Source of the DNA: the human T2T-CHM13v2.0 reference genome, Homo sapiens
Direction: 5' to 3' (one strand)
Assembly: GCF_009914755.1 (NCBI RefSeq)
Contig: NC_060929.1
DNA length: 64,000 bases
The position numbers were made by a program, and so were the translations under genes. Under the pieces are notes generated by a model. The model saw only the letters and a list, made by a program, of their open reading frames with translations. It did no database searches and had not been told where the DNA came from. Below are positions 14,883-30,288 of the stretch, in pieces (position 1 is the first letter of the stretch; each line of letters begins with the position of its first letter).

Positions 14883-15932
14883 TGTGACAGAGGAAAAATA
14901 TCGTTTCCTCACCCATTGCTAGGTTCACCGTGAGGCCTCTATAAGGAAAGATGGATTAAAGAAAAGGATAGACTTATTTAACACACGTTTTATGTGACAC
15001 GGGAACCTTCATACGGAAATGAAGACCTGAAGAAACAGGTAAACCAGTGTTTTTTTTGTTGTTGTTTTTCTGTTTTTTTTAAGACAGCGTCTTGCTTTGT
15101 TGCCCAGGCTGGAGTGCAGTGGTGTGATTTTGGTATCTGTGGGCATCTTGGAATGAATTTTCCATGGACACCAAGGGACAACTGTATTTTAGTATACATC
15201 TCTAAAAGACAAGGACTCTTTCTCTTTTTTTTTTTTTTTTTTTTTTTTGAGATGGAGTCTTGCTCTGTTGCCAGGCTAGAATGCCGTGGCGCGATCTTGG
15301 CTCACTGAAACCTCTGCCTCCCAGGTTTGAACCTATGATTTTCCTGCCTCAGCCTCCTGAGTAGCTGGGACTATAGGCGTGTGCCACCACACCAGGCTAA
15401 TTTTTGTATTTTTAGTAGAGACGGGGTTTCACCATGTTGGTCAGGGTGGTCTCAAACTCCTGACCTCATGATCCGCCTGCCTCGGCCTCCCAAAGTTCTG
15501 GAATTACAGGCGTGAGCCACCACGTCTGGCCAACCTGTGTATGTTTTAATGCTAAGCTGGATGAGTAAGTGGATAGTTGTGAAGAAGTATGATTGGGTTA
15601 AAAAGTATGATCTAATGGTAATAAACTTGGGGTTGGGGAACTCAGCAACATCTGCCTCAGATTCTTTTCTGTGTCCCTATGCCTTCGGAGATAAAGATGT
15701 TCCTTTCTTTTAAGTGTAGGCAGGGAACCTCTGACGTGAGTGTCTTAACGACCTGCTTCACGGAAAGGTTAGAAAATCCTTCCTAGGTTTTAGGACCTGC
15801 ATCAGAAGAGAAGGGTGGGAGACGGTCTGGGATACTTTCTTGCTTCTACTATTTTCTCAAATTCTTTCAGCTTAAAATATTTAATATGCCAAGGCACCAT
15901 ATCTTGGGTGTAATGTGTCTTGAACCCTAGCA
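14883..15932 (-). mobile_element. MER34/MER39-like ERV1 solo LTR, interrupted by a composite Alu insertion
   Basis: Colinear with the uninterrupted copy at 18022-18576 (GAAGACCTGAAGAAACAGGTAAACC, AAAAGTATGATCT, CAGCTTAAAATA). Confidence 0.75.
15051..15531 (-). mobile_element. Composite insert: full Alu (15225-15531), ~40 bp unique, MER2 end (15126-15184), Alu 3' end with tail (15051-15125)
   Basis: All flanked by AACC(A/T)GTGT at 15042-15050 and 15532-15540. Confidence 0.8.
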
Positions 15933-16390
15933 ATGTACTCTTAGAAGGAAGCTTCTATTTTATTGGCTTTCTCTTCCCACAAGCAAATGATTATTTTCAT
16001 TTTCTTTATATATTTTACCCAGCTACCAGAAGTGGTTTCAAAAAAAAATCTGACATTGATTTATTTTTCTTCTTCCCTCAGGTTAAAACAATGAAAAGAA
16101 AGCAACTATTCTGTTGGACTGAACAATTTATTTGAAACTTTGACTTCACAAAGACTCAAGTAGCATTCTTTCATTTGTTTCATGGTGTTAGTTGGTTTAA
16201 CCTTTTTTGACTTGTCCGAGCACAGTGAATTCACTGCCCACGGGGAGTTTGCTGACCATCTGCTCTATGTCATGTAGAAAAGCCACAGGGCCTTTCTTCC
16301 TTTCCTGGTGTCCGTAGTTCCAGAAGGATTTAGTCAAGATAAAATTGCCTCCCATCTTGAGTTGATGTGTTTGAATGTAAGAGTTACCTT

Positions 16391-16881
16391 TGGAGGGGAA
16401 AAGAAATAACTTTTTTTTTTTTAATCTATCATTAAGTTCATGGCTTGGGCCCTAATAACAAAGGACAGATTAACAAGAGAAAAGCATACACATTTATTTA
16501 ATATAAGTTTTATGTGACATGAGAGCATTCATAAAGAAATGAAGGCCTAAAGAAATAGAGAAACTTGGAGATTTTTATGCTGAGGTTTGATTAAGTGTGA
16601 TTGGACGACAAAAGGGCATGATCTAATGGTAATAAAAATTAAGAATTAAGGGGGAATTAAGCAAGGTCTGTTTGTTCATATTCTTCTCTGTGTCCCTGTG
16701 TCCTCAGAGGTAAGGATGGTCCTTTTCTCTGTGTTTGAAAGGATATTTTTTGAATGAAGGTCTCATGCCCTGCTCCATGGAAGAAGAGTGAGGGGAAGAG
16801 GAGAATGGCTCTTCTGCTTCTGCTGTTTTCTCAAATACCATGATGCCATATTTGGGGGGCAGCATGTCCTGAACCCCACTA
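16391..16881 (-). mobile_element. MER34/MER39-like ERV1 solo LTR
   Basis: Homologous to the neighbouring LTRs; 4-bp TSD CCTT at 16387-16390 and 16882-16885. Confidence 0.75.
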
Positions 16882-18021
16882 CCTTGTTTCTTTCAAAAGT
16901 AATTCCAGATTAGTATCTTGGAGGGTTATAAAGCTTCACTAAATAGAATGTCTATTACACCCTGACCCTCTGGAGGCCTTCTTTCCTCCATCTGCATTAT
17001 CAATCCCTGGTGATTCTCACAATCGTCCTAGAACCTCCAAAGAGTTCTCCACTTTTATTTTCTTTTTCACATTTCATTTTAGTTGCTGAGCTAAGCCTGA
17101 ATTGGCATTTCCATAAACTCCCCTTTCATAGCTATAAATAATTATATTTCCTTTAGTCCAGTCTACTTACAATGTTGTGGTTTTAAAAAAATAAATTAAA
17201 ATTTAAAAAGACTTCAGTTTGGGATTTCAACTTATCATTTTATGTATTTTCGATTTTTGTGGAGGGAGGGAAGTGTAGAAGAGAGGAAAATAAAGCCAAA
17301 GTATAAAACTGCAGGAACAGCGTGTATGAGAGCATTTTCCACCATTATAATGGAACTAGAATACATATGCCCTGAAAAGTTAGAAAAAAAAAAAGACCAC
17401 ATTAGATTTCCAGTGGAGGCGGCGGCAGAGCTTTAGATATAAAGCTTCTTTTTACTCCTACTCTTTATGGGCATGGGTTTAAAATGGTATTTTTATTAAC
17501 AAAGTAGTTCTATCAGGGAGGCATCCTGGGCATGCCGGTGCACCAGCTGATTCCCCTCTTAGTCTCTATTTCTAGTCTTCCTTATCCTATTCTTCCCTAT
17601 TTTTATTTCTCTAGTTCCCATTTTTTCCTTTTGACCTTCCTGTCCCTGCAATGTGCGCATTGGTTCTTAGCCCTTGGTGAACCAGGCTCTAAACAGTTTC
17701 ATGACTCTTAAACCACGTCAAGAAAATCACAAAGGATTCCTTAAAGGATCAGGAAGTGTTACTGTATCTATAAAGACTGCACATAGCTGAATTTCTAGGT
17801 CTCCTCAAATCTGAATTTCAACTTCAAAAAGCAGTTGAACAGGACTTCTATTTGTTTAGTGCATTTATTAGATGGCTTGATGCAGGTCAAAGGGGGTGTG
17901 ATTCTATTTTGAAAGTATCTCAGCTGATTTTTGTTCACACCTAGGCCCCCACTGACATTTTTTCCTAGATATCCATTGAAAAATCAGAAATTGCAATGAA
18001 ATGCTGTATTCCACATGAAGC

Positions 18022-18576
18022 TGTAGGGGAGCGAAAATATCTTTTCCTCATCCATTGCTAGGTTCATGGCTAAGACCCCCATAACAAAAGATGGACTAAC
18101 AAGAGAAAAATAAATAAATTTATTTGAGTTTTATGTGACATGAGAGCCTTCCTAAGGTAATGAAGACCTGAAGAAACAGGTAAACCTGTGTATTTTTTAT
18201 GCTGGATTTAATAAGTAGATAGTTGTGGAGAAGTATGATTGGATTAAAAAGTATGATCTGATGATAATATACTAGGGAGACTTAGCGAGGCCTGTTTTCT
18301 TAGATTCTTCTCTGTATCCCTGTGTCTTCAGAGATAAGGATATTCCTTTCCTCCAGGCGTAGGAGGCAGTCTCTCACATGCAGGTCTTATGTTCTGCTTC
18401 AGGGGAAGGTCAAAAAATCCTTTCTAGGTTTTTTGACCTTCCTTCCTTCAGGAAGGAAGGGTGGGAGAAGGTCAGACAGACCTTCCTGTTTCTGCCATCT
18501 TCTCACATTCCTTCAGCTTAAAATACTTAGTATGCAAGATGCCATATTTTGGGGGAGTGGTTTCTGAACCCCATCA
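18022..18576 (-). mobile_element. MER34/MER39-like ERV1 solo LTR
   Basis: TG...CA termini; reverse complement begins TGATGGGGTTCAGAAACCACTCCCCCAAAATATGGCA; near-TSD AAGC/AAAC. Confidence 0.8.
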
Positions 18577-19320
18577 AAACTATTTGCATTGCAGAAAAAA
18601 AAAACAGCTTCAATGGGAAACTATGCATCATCTGGTACAGTACACCCTTCCTATTATCTGATTCTAGCCTTTCCTTGTCTTTGAGTTATTTTACAACCCT
18701 GTATCTTGTAGGTAACTGATAGACATGCACATTCTGCCCTGTCTAATATAGGTTCAATTGACTTCCTCCCCCTATCTGTGGAAAAACTGGTTTTATTCCA
18801 TTTGCATGCTAATTTCAATATTCCTGATCTTTAAATATGTCTCTTCACATTCTCTTGAACCAGTTATAATATCTTCTGCATTCCGTCTTTGATTAATGGC
18901 TAGAATCAAATCTTTAACATGTTCATTTTTATATCTGTATGAGGGTCGTGATTTCACCCTTCTTTTGAAAATTATCTTGTAATGCCATTCTCCCTAGCCT
19001 TTATTCATCATTCATTTCCTAACTCTGATAGTTCTTTTTATTTTTAGAGAGGGTGATTATGCTTCCTGAATTCTGCATTTGATGAGCATAAATATTTTTA
19101 CAGGCATGATGGGCCACAACATTTGGAATTGGGATGTCCCAGAAAATCTGATACGTGTGACTGTACAACAATATTTCTCATAGAACTATAGAGATGGAAA
19201 AGGTCTTAAGTTCTTCTTGTCTCCTTCATTACAGGAACAAAACTAATAAAAATCCAGAGAAATGGAGAATTTTTTCAAGATTGCAGAGATTTTGAGTAGT
19301 AACAGAATTGTGTATGAACC

Positions 19321-19898
19321 TGCTGGGGCTCAGAACATGATACTCCAAAGTATGGTGCTTTGGCATGCTGACTACTTTGAACTAAAGGAGATTGAAAGGC
19401 CTCAGAAGCAAGGTCTCTCTGAGCTTTTCCTGCTCCCCTGTCCCTCACTTCTTTTTAGTGAGCCATAGAAACCAGAATTCTTCTCCCTCAAAGCAAGCCA
19501 AAATCTTAGAAAGGTCACTCCCTCTCTTCTCCCTTGAAGACTACCATTCCATAAGGGTCCTATCCCATACCTGGGAGGAAGAAATGTTACACAGAGAGGC
19601 CAAAAAGAATCTAAACAGACAAGCCTTGCTGGGCTCCTACCATTCCCAGTCTATTACCATTAGATCATACTCTTTGGTCCAATCACATTTCCATATGCCT
19701 TGTCCATTCTTCATTAAATCTAAGCATAAAAATAAACAGCTTTCCTCGGGTCTTTGGGTCTTCTTTTCTGACAGTTCCCATGTTACGTAAAACTTTGATT
19801 GAATACGTTTGTTATGCTTTTGTCTCGTTAATCTCTTTTGTTATAGGAGTGTCCCTTATGATGGATGAGGAAAGTTATTATATCTTTTCTCCCTTGCA
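19321..19898 (+). mobile_element. MER34/MER39-like ERV1 solo LTR (opposite orientation), inserted in a MIR-like relic
   Basis: Begins TGCTGGGGCTCAGAACATGATACTCCAAAGTATGG, ends CA; perfect TSD AACC. Confidence 0.8.
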
Positions 19899-20301
19899 AA
19901 CCCAAGACTGGCTAATTCCGGATTTCAGGGTCTTTTTTACTACAGTAAACTCTTTCTAAAGTGGGGCTAATAATATGAACCTAAAAACTAATGTAACAGT
20001 TAAATGACATCTGAATCTGAAGAACCTAATACCATGCCTCACTCATAGCAGAGGCTTCTGGTGTTCTCTCTCAATGAATACAATAAAATGAGAAAGCAAA
20101 TGGCACCATTTCTGTGTCTGCTTGGTCAGCCAGTCTCGTTAACTCATAGGCACACTTCACATCTCATTTATGTTTCCCAGAATGATTAGACACATAATAA
20201 ATGCTCGATAAAATTTTGTTGAATAGAATTGATTTGAGCAGAATGAGCAGTTATGTGAAGGAACCACAGCTGATTTTAAACAAAGACTCTTTTAACTCTA
20301 G

Positions 20302-20745
<444 letters not shown>

Positions 20746-21559
20746 GCAATTGTAACCAAATATCCTGACCTACTTTCTGCTGAAAATCACCCTACTTTCC
20801 TCTTTACATAGAAATATTATCACAAATCCCTTTGAATGAGCAACTGCCTATTTTAGGAAATCAGTGACTGTACTTATATTGGTTACGGCTTCCTTCCTCA
20901 GCAAATATTCCCAGGTTGATCTTCAGTTCAGGCGAATGACGCTGGGCAGTATTCGCAAAGGCCCTCTATAGTATAGATGCCTGAGAGCTCTTTAGGCTGT
21001 GTGCTAACAATATTTTGATATACTCTGTTTTTCTCCCCCCTAGCTGTTTCCTTTACTACCTGAGCTGTTTGGTCATGTCTGAACTGCTGCTGATGAAGCC
21101 TTTTCTGGCAGGTTGCCCGGGGAGCAGCTCTCCTGTAGATTCCGCCTCTCTCCAGGAGTTGCCTGCCTTCAGTATAATGGGCAACATTGAAAGCAGCAAG
21201 GCGTTCGGTCGACAAGGTCAGAGTGCCTTTCATTCCTGCAATAATCAACCAGTGTAGCTCTTCCTCAGACCTGGGGAGAGAGAAGATAGAGGTCAAAAGA
21301 GCAATTACATTTCACATTGACTCCAGAAAAGGCCTGGATCACAAGACTGAAAAGAAAAACGGATTCTAGCCTCATTCTTATCCATTCCTTTTCTGGCCAT
21401 TTTTGTTATTAACACTGCCCTGAAACCATAACAAGTTTTAGCTTGATGACGTGAAAAACGCATTTTCTGCCTGCAGATGAGATCTTTCTTCTTAGACATT
21501 TAGCACTGTCAGCATATTGCAAAAGAATGCAAATGAGCTGCAGGATCTATAACCAGAGA

Positions 21560-22110
21560 CAGTAAGCAAAGGCCATTAATTATGTTTTTAAAAAATGTTA
21601 ACCCTAGCAGACTGTATAACAAGCAATTGTGCTAATTTCAATCTGTAATCAGTCCCAACATTAGCATAACTTTATTTATTTAGCATTAAGGCAACAATTT
21701 AGAGAATATAATTTAGTTGGAAATGTCAGTAATTTTGCAGTGGCAGATTGTTGTTACAAAGCTACCTCTATTTGACCTTACAGCTGCCAGGACTAATTAC
21801 TTTAATTGCATTAATTGCACTGACCATTCTGGTGTTTAATGTAGTTGCTGTTACTCTTTAACCATTGAGCAGATCAGCCTGGCGGAATTCTCAGTAAAAT
21901 GGGCCAATGCTCCTTTCTAAATCTCCTTTGATTCTTTTCTGCATTTTGAGAGCCCAGATAATTCACAGATTGCTAGTGTTCTCACTGAGACCATGAATTC
22001 TGAGGAGAGCTCTTGAAGGAAATAAAAATCTGTACTATATTACTGTATTTCCTAATGGATTCTTATTGCTCACTGCTGACTCGATTAAAGTACAATTAGT
22101 TCACTAATGA
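21560..22110. promoter_or_regulatory. Putative developmental enhancer (homeodomain-site cluster)
   Basis: Repeat-free; more than ten TAAT/ATTA cores, including the P3 palindrome TAATTGCATTA (21803-21813). Confidence 0.4.
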
Positions 22111-22420
22111 CAAAGAAATGTGTAAGAAATGTTTGTGTCAGTTTCGACAGTAGATTAAAACTCCTTTATTTCACATTTTGGAATGAATTCCTATGAACAA
22201 GTCTGTATTCTTATTTCTGCCTTATAGACTGAACCCATAGCTTTCCCTAGGATTGGACTCAACACAAATTGAAATACACAGCTATGTCCTAATTTAAGAT
22301 CTATGGCTTTGGGAATCTATAAAATAGATATTTCCTCCTGACAAGGAAAGTTTCACAGGACATTTAATAAATACTTTACTACCAGTGATACATCTATTAG
22401 TCAAAATGAAGAGCACTTGA

Positions 22421-23045
<625 letters not shown>

Positions 23046-23046
23046 C

Positions 23047-23049
<3 letters not shown>

Positions 23050-23094
<45 letters not shown>

Positions 23095-23140
23095 CACACA
23101 CATATATACACATACATATACATACACATGTATGTATATA
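23050..23140. repeat. (CA)n/(TA)n microsatellite
   Basis: ~25 CA units followed by a TA-rich stretch. Confidence 0.9.
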
Positions 23141-23254
23141 CTCCGAAAGTCAGAAAAACTAGACTCAGCCAGTTCATCTGTCTACTGAAAGCAGGCAGCA
23201 GCTCCTCCTTGCTTCTTCCAGATGACCCTCAAATCTCTGGTTAAACATTTTAAC

Positions 23255-23774
<520 letters not shown>

Positions 23775-23879
23775 TTAAAAGGTAACACAGATTACTTTGT
23801 TCAACGATTTGAATTCCGAAACATTCTTTAATATAACAATATATATCTATCTGTTTTATTATAACTATTATTCACTGGA

Positions 23880-24110
23880 TAATAATATTAATAATAACCA
23901 ACATGCATTGTGTGACTGCTATGTTCCGGGCACTGTTTTAGGCGCTTGATGTGTATTAATTCATTTCATCCTCCCAACAATTCTATGCAATTATTATTAT
24001 TAATGTTATTATACATAAAAGGTAATGTAATTCATAGTAGGGCCGGAATTTTAACCCTCATATTTGGGTCTAGAGCTTCTGAGCTTGACCTTGATGCTAC
24101 ATTGCCTCAG
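23880..24110. mobile_element. MIR relic
   Basis: CTATGTTCCGGGCACTGTTTTAGGCGCTT...ATTAATTCATTTCATCCTCCCAACAA, MIR core-like. Confidence 0.65.
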
Positions 24111-25249
24111 AATTGGATGACATTCTTCCTCTAAGGCTACACAGAATTGATAACCAGATTTCCTGCTATGTCAGTTAACTCCTAGCTAGCCATCTTTGAT
24201 TCCTCATCTGGCAGAGTTCAGTTTGGCAACATTTTTCTTTAAAGTGAGGCACCCGGGTCTGAATACAATTTTCACACTCCAAACATGCAGAGTATTTCTT
24301 CAGGCTAAGCGCTACTCGTCTGAAGTTCTCAGCCCATATGTCACTTCCTTCTCCTGACCCCCCAGTCGGCCTTAGGAAGCCTCAGCATCAGCTCTGGTAG
24401 TACCACAAGGCTTTCTTTACTGGCATTAACACCCTGAAATTGAAGAATTAATCCAGATTCCCTGCCTTTCACAGGGACGGGAGGGGTGGCTCTATCCACA
24501 GTTTTCAACAGTTTCACTGTTAACTAATCAATCCCACACAAAACAAAACAAAACAAAATTCACAAAACTCTTGATTCCTTCAGATTTCAGCTCTATATTC
24601 AGATTACATGGTATCCCTAGAATGAGGAGGCAAATGAATAGCTCTACAGGTGTGTGGTTTTTTTGTTTTGTTTTGTTTTTAATTCATCTCTGGATCCTCA
24701 CCAGGTGTGGAGCACTCATTCGAGACTTTCTGACAGGTAGTAAACCCTTCAGACATAGTGTTTATACCTTCCTCCAAGGCCCCTTTATAGCCAGCTATTT
24801 CCCTGAAAATAACCTGTGACTCTGATGAACCCGGATTCTCACTATGTCTCCAACACAGCTCCACTTTCTGTCTGCATGAATAGACTCATGTGGTTGCTCT
24901 CCCCTTTCCCATCCTCTTTGCTTTCTGCTTCCACAAAAGATGTGTGGAATCCTTTCCTTCTGTAAGTTCACCTTAAGCAGCACATCCAGTGCTTTTCTAG
25001 AGCCTTTGCAGTGGGTTATTCTGTCATTTCTGCCCTCTCAGCGCCTCTCCCCTGTGCCTCCTTTGCTCTGTTCCTCTGGACTGCCTCACTGTGTCCTTAT
25101 TTCTTGTGTGGGCCATCACAGTAGTTGCCCAGCTTCCGGCTTCCAGTTTTCTTCACACTGCTGGCACTCGCCTATGGAAAATCACCCTGGGGCTCCCTGC
25201 CTGATAGAGAACACTTTTTGTCTGCAGTTGTCAGCCACATCTGCATTTT

Positions 25250-25880
25250 CAGTCTGAAGGTCATTCTTCTAGTGGAAAAGACAGAAGCAAAATGGAGTTA
25301 AGACATTCTATTTTCTCTTTGTCTCATTACCATTACATCATAATCTCTTAGAAATGTGGCTAACAGTTCCTTGTTGTTCTTACTCTGTACACATTAGTAA
25401 AAGTCATTTTTTAACCTTTTATTCAGCAAAATTGTGCTTATTTTTCACTTTATTCTATATGACACTATTCTTCTAGGTTTGTGCTATTGCATTGCTTTTG
25501 TTCTGGGCTACAAGTTCTTTGATCTTTGAAACATGCCTTTTGATATCTGAGCTCCAAGGAGAGTTCCCAAGCAACCATATTGATTTCTTTAGTTTTTCTT
25601 CCATATCTGGCTAATTTTTATTATATAGTTAGAATTTAATTTTCTAGTCCTTCTGGACCTATTTATACTCTTCTAGAAAACCCTCTGGCCATGGGACCAA
25701 ACATATATTTTCTTTTAACTTTTTGAAATGTGCCTTTCCATAGTCTAGGATGTGTGTCAGATACTGCTCAGCCTGTCTATCTTTTGCTCAGATGGATTTT
25801 AAGGCTCTCTTACTTTCTCCCAAGGTTCTCAGCATTTCTTTATTCTAAACCTGTTCTTTCTTGAAGATCGGACTCAAGTT
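25250..25880 (-). mobile_element. L3/CR1 LINE relic (ORF2 fragment)
   Basis: Reverse strand at ~25270-25320 gives EKIECLNS-FASVFS (with a frameshift), resembling CR1 ORF2 EKAELLNSYFASVFS; extent approximate. Confidence 0.55.
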
Positions 25881-26269
25881 CAGAGTGTCCTGCAAAGTTC
25901 AAGTTGACAGACTACATCTATTTATTTGCTCCAACTTCTGTTCCTGGAGGTGAGACGGGTCCCAAATCCTACACTGCTTAGTGATGATAGTTGGTCACAC
26001 CAAGCTTTGGCTCCTGTGCACAGGCACTAGCAAAGAATACCAAGGAGCAAGGATGACAGCTACAGGGGAGGTACCCAGCCTCTTTACACTGGAATGAAGG
26101 CCGCCAGGTCAATGTGTTATCCGACATAAATGAATGTGGTCTCCTTTGCCCAGAGGTGTTCCTTTGATGGTATAGAGAAGGAGATGGCAAAGCAGAGGAG
26201 GCAAGGGGACCAACATGGGAGGAAGAGAAAGCAATGAGGGGTGGGGTGGGGAGGTGGGGGACTACCATC

Positions 26270-26440
26270 TACTGAGACTTTATTTTGTGCCAGGCACTGT
26301 GCTAGGCATTTACACACACCTATCACTTATTTCTCCTAATACTACTGTAACACATAGGGAAACCGAGCATGATGTAAGTTGACTTCTGACAGTCACAGAG
26401 CTAAGGAATGTGAAAACCAGGAATTAAACCTATATTTGAA
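26270..26440. mobile_element. MIR relic
   Basis: TGTGCCAGGCACTGTGCTAGGCATTTAC ... GGAAACCGAG ... GTCACAGAGCTA. Confidence 0.65.
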
Positions 26441-26638
26441 GATGACAGTTAGGATAACAACAGTAACACAATGCCAAAAAAACAAAACCAGAAACATACA
26501 GTTCATTGCAATACAGGTATCTCAAGTCATGTGCGTCACAAAAATAATAACCTTATAAAAAAGATATACGTGTACGTCAAAGCCTTATGACAAATTTCAA
26601 GAGAATAGCTATTTTACCTTACATTATTAATAATTTTG

Positions 26639-27051
<413 letters not shown>

Positions 27052-28263
27052 TTATTTTTAGTTTTAAATCCTATTGATGATACTTCTTAGCCAAATGGGA
27101 AGAAAAATAAATAACACCATAGGGATAGTTACATACTTTGTGACCTATAAAGGAACTAGTCTTCTTGGTACATTACTGTCAGCTAAACATATAAATGTTC
27201 TTTGAAAAGTCTGCTTCTAGATGTTAATGGAGGTATTGATTTTCACCTCTGTCTTTTTTTGATAATGCCTATTTACTGTGCTACCTCCTCATCTCCATTC
27301 TGAGCTCTGCTCTCTCAAGTGTTAGTGTCAGAGGCAAGTGCCAAAACCTAGGTGACTAAGTGGGTGTCAAGCCAGCTGCAGAAACAGAGGGAAGACTTAA
27401 CTAATGGCACAGGTCTTCTAAGTCAATGGACCCTGTCTCTCCTAATTTCATTATCAATTCACCACAGGAACCTGACAGAGTCCGTATGCTAAGTCAAATT
27501 CAAAAGCTCAAAAATGAAAAGGGAAAAAAAATCCATTTTCAGAGTCAGGTAAAAACATCATAATTCAGAGAAAATCTTTAGTATTGATTGATAGCCGCAG
27601 ACTCCTGTCCAAAGGTTTCCTCTTTAAATTAAGAATACTAATGATTTCTCATGCTGAAATTAATAATCCCAAAGCTGCACATATTCAAAAAAGACACTAA
27701 TTGTTGTACTTCAACCAGGAAGTGCCAGTGAGCAGATGCCTAACCTGTTTCCTTCAGTGACTGAGGCTGATGACGTGTCATGGTGTTCCTGAGAATCATA
27801 TGCTTCCCTGGGAGGCATTCTTGTGTTTGCCAAGAGGCCACCAATTTGAGACGGAATATCCTGTTTGTTGAGGCTTCTATAACATATGATCCAATGGCTC
27901 TCTGATAAACAGATTTGTTTAAGACAAAAGTTCTTGCCTAAGTCATTTGGAGACTGAATTGTGCTTGTGGAGGAGGCGACGCAGACCCCACATGGAGACA
28001 AGCCAGGGCGGTCTGGGGCTAGAGCAAGGCACTGATCAGTTCCAGAGGAAACCAGAGCTTTCCAGATAGCCACAAAGAATTGAAACCAGGAGAGAGGAAA
28101 TAGCTATTTGTGGGGAATAGGAAATTGATATTGAGAGGAAATTGATACAGAAAGATACACAGATATAGTCATTTTGCTACTATTTTCATTTATTCTGTGC
28201 TATTGTATATATTTGTGTAAGCCACATGAAAATATTTTTAGAATTGTGTAAGGGTATGAATGA

Positions 28264-28624
<361 letters not shown>

Positions 28625-28626
28625 TA

Positions 28627-28956
<330 letters not shown>

Positions 28957-29615
28957 TTAGAAGTAAGTAACTTTGTTAGAGGAAAAGAGTAGTTAGAAAC
29001 CTTTCCAGAGTTCCCTTACAGAAAAAAAGATAAAGAGGTACCTATGTTACTAGTTAGTTACCCATCTGTTTCTAGAAAGCTTTTTGTGTCAAAATATTGG
29101 AGTCTTTTGCAACAGCCTCAGAATTTGTTTTTTGGGGTAAGCCTACCATTTTGATTGGTGCACACATTAAAGAAATTTAAATTTAAAATGTATGCTCGAA
29201 TACCCTTCTGTTCATCTATGTATTATGGGACTTTACTGTTTCTATTGTAATTAGTCATTCATATGCTATCTTCCCCACCAGAATGAGTTCCTGGTGGGAT
29301 CACAAAGTCTCTAACCCCTGTAAAAGTCCCTAGAACAGAGAAAGTACACAGTAGACACTCTCTGGGGATTAAGTTATACAGTGTAACTATTTTGCAGAAT
29401 AGTTACAAGGATTAAATAAGATGACATAAAATCCAACATGTATCTACAATAAATCACAATAGGAATTCAACTGTTAGTTCTCTCCCTTTCTTTGAACTAA
29501 AGAAAAGATATTTTTCAATTTGTAAAGCAGTGTAGAACACGAAATATCAAGTTTCACCTAAAAAATATATATATTCTATAGAACTTGGTTTGCTTTTAAG
29601 AATGATCATATTTGA

Positions 29616-30288
<673 letters not shown>

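Noticed and set aside
17405-17432. GGAGGCGGCGGCAG as a CTCF site or promoter
   Set aside because: Only a partial match, with no CpG island around it
14883-18576. Same-orientation LTRs as the ends of one provirus
   Set aside because: Separate TSDs and no gag/pol/env or primer-binding site recognised between them
20928-21296. 122-aa minus-strand ORF as a protein-coding gene
   Set aside because: No recognisable domain, weak acceptor tract, non-ATG start; kept only as an alternative reading within the 21-kb finding
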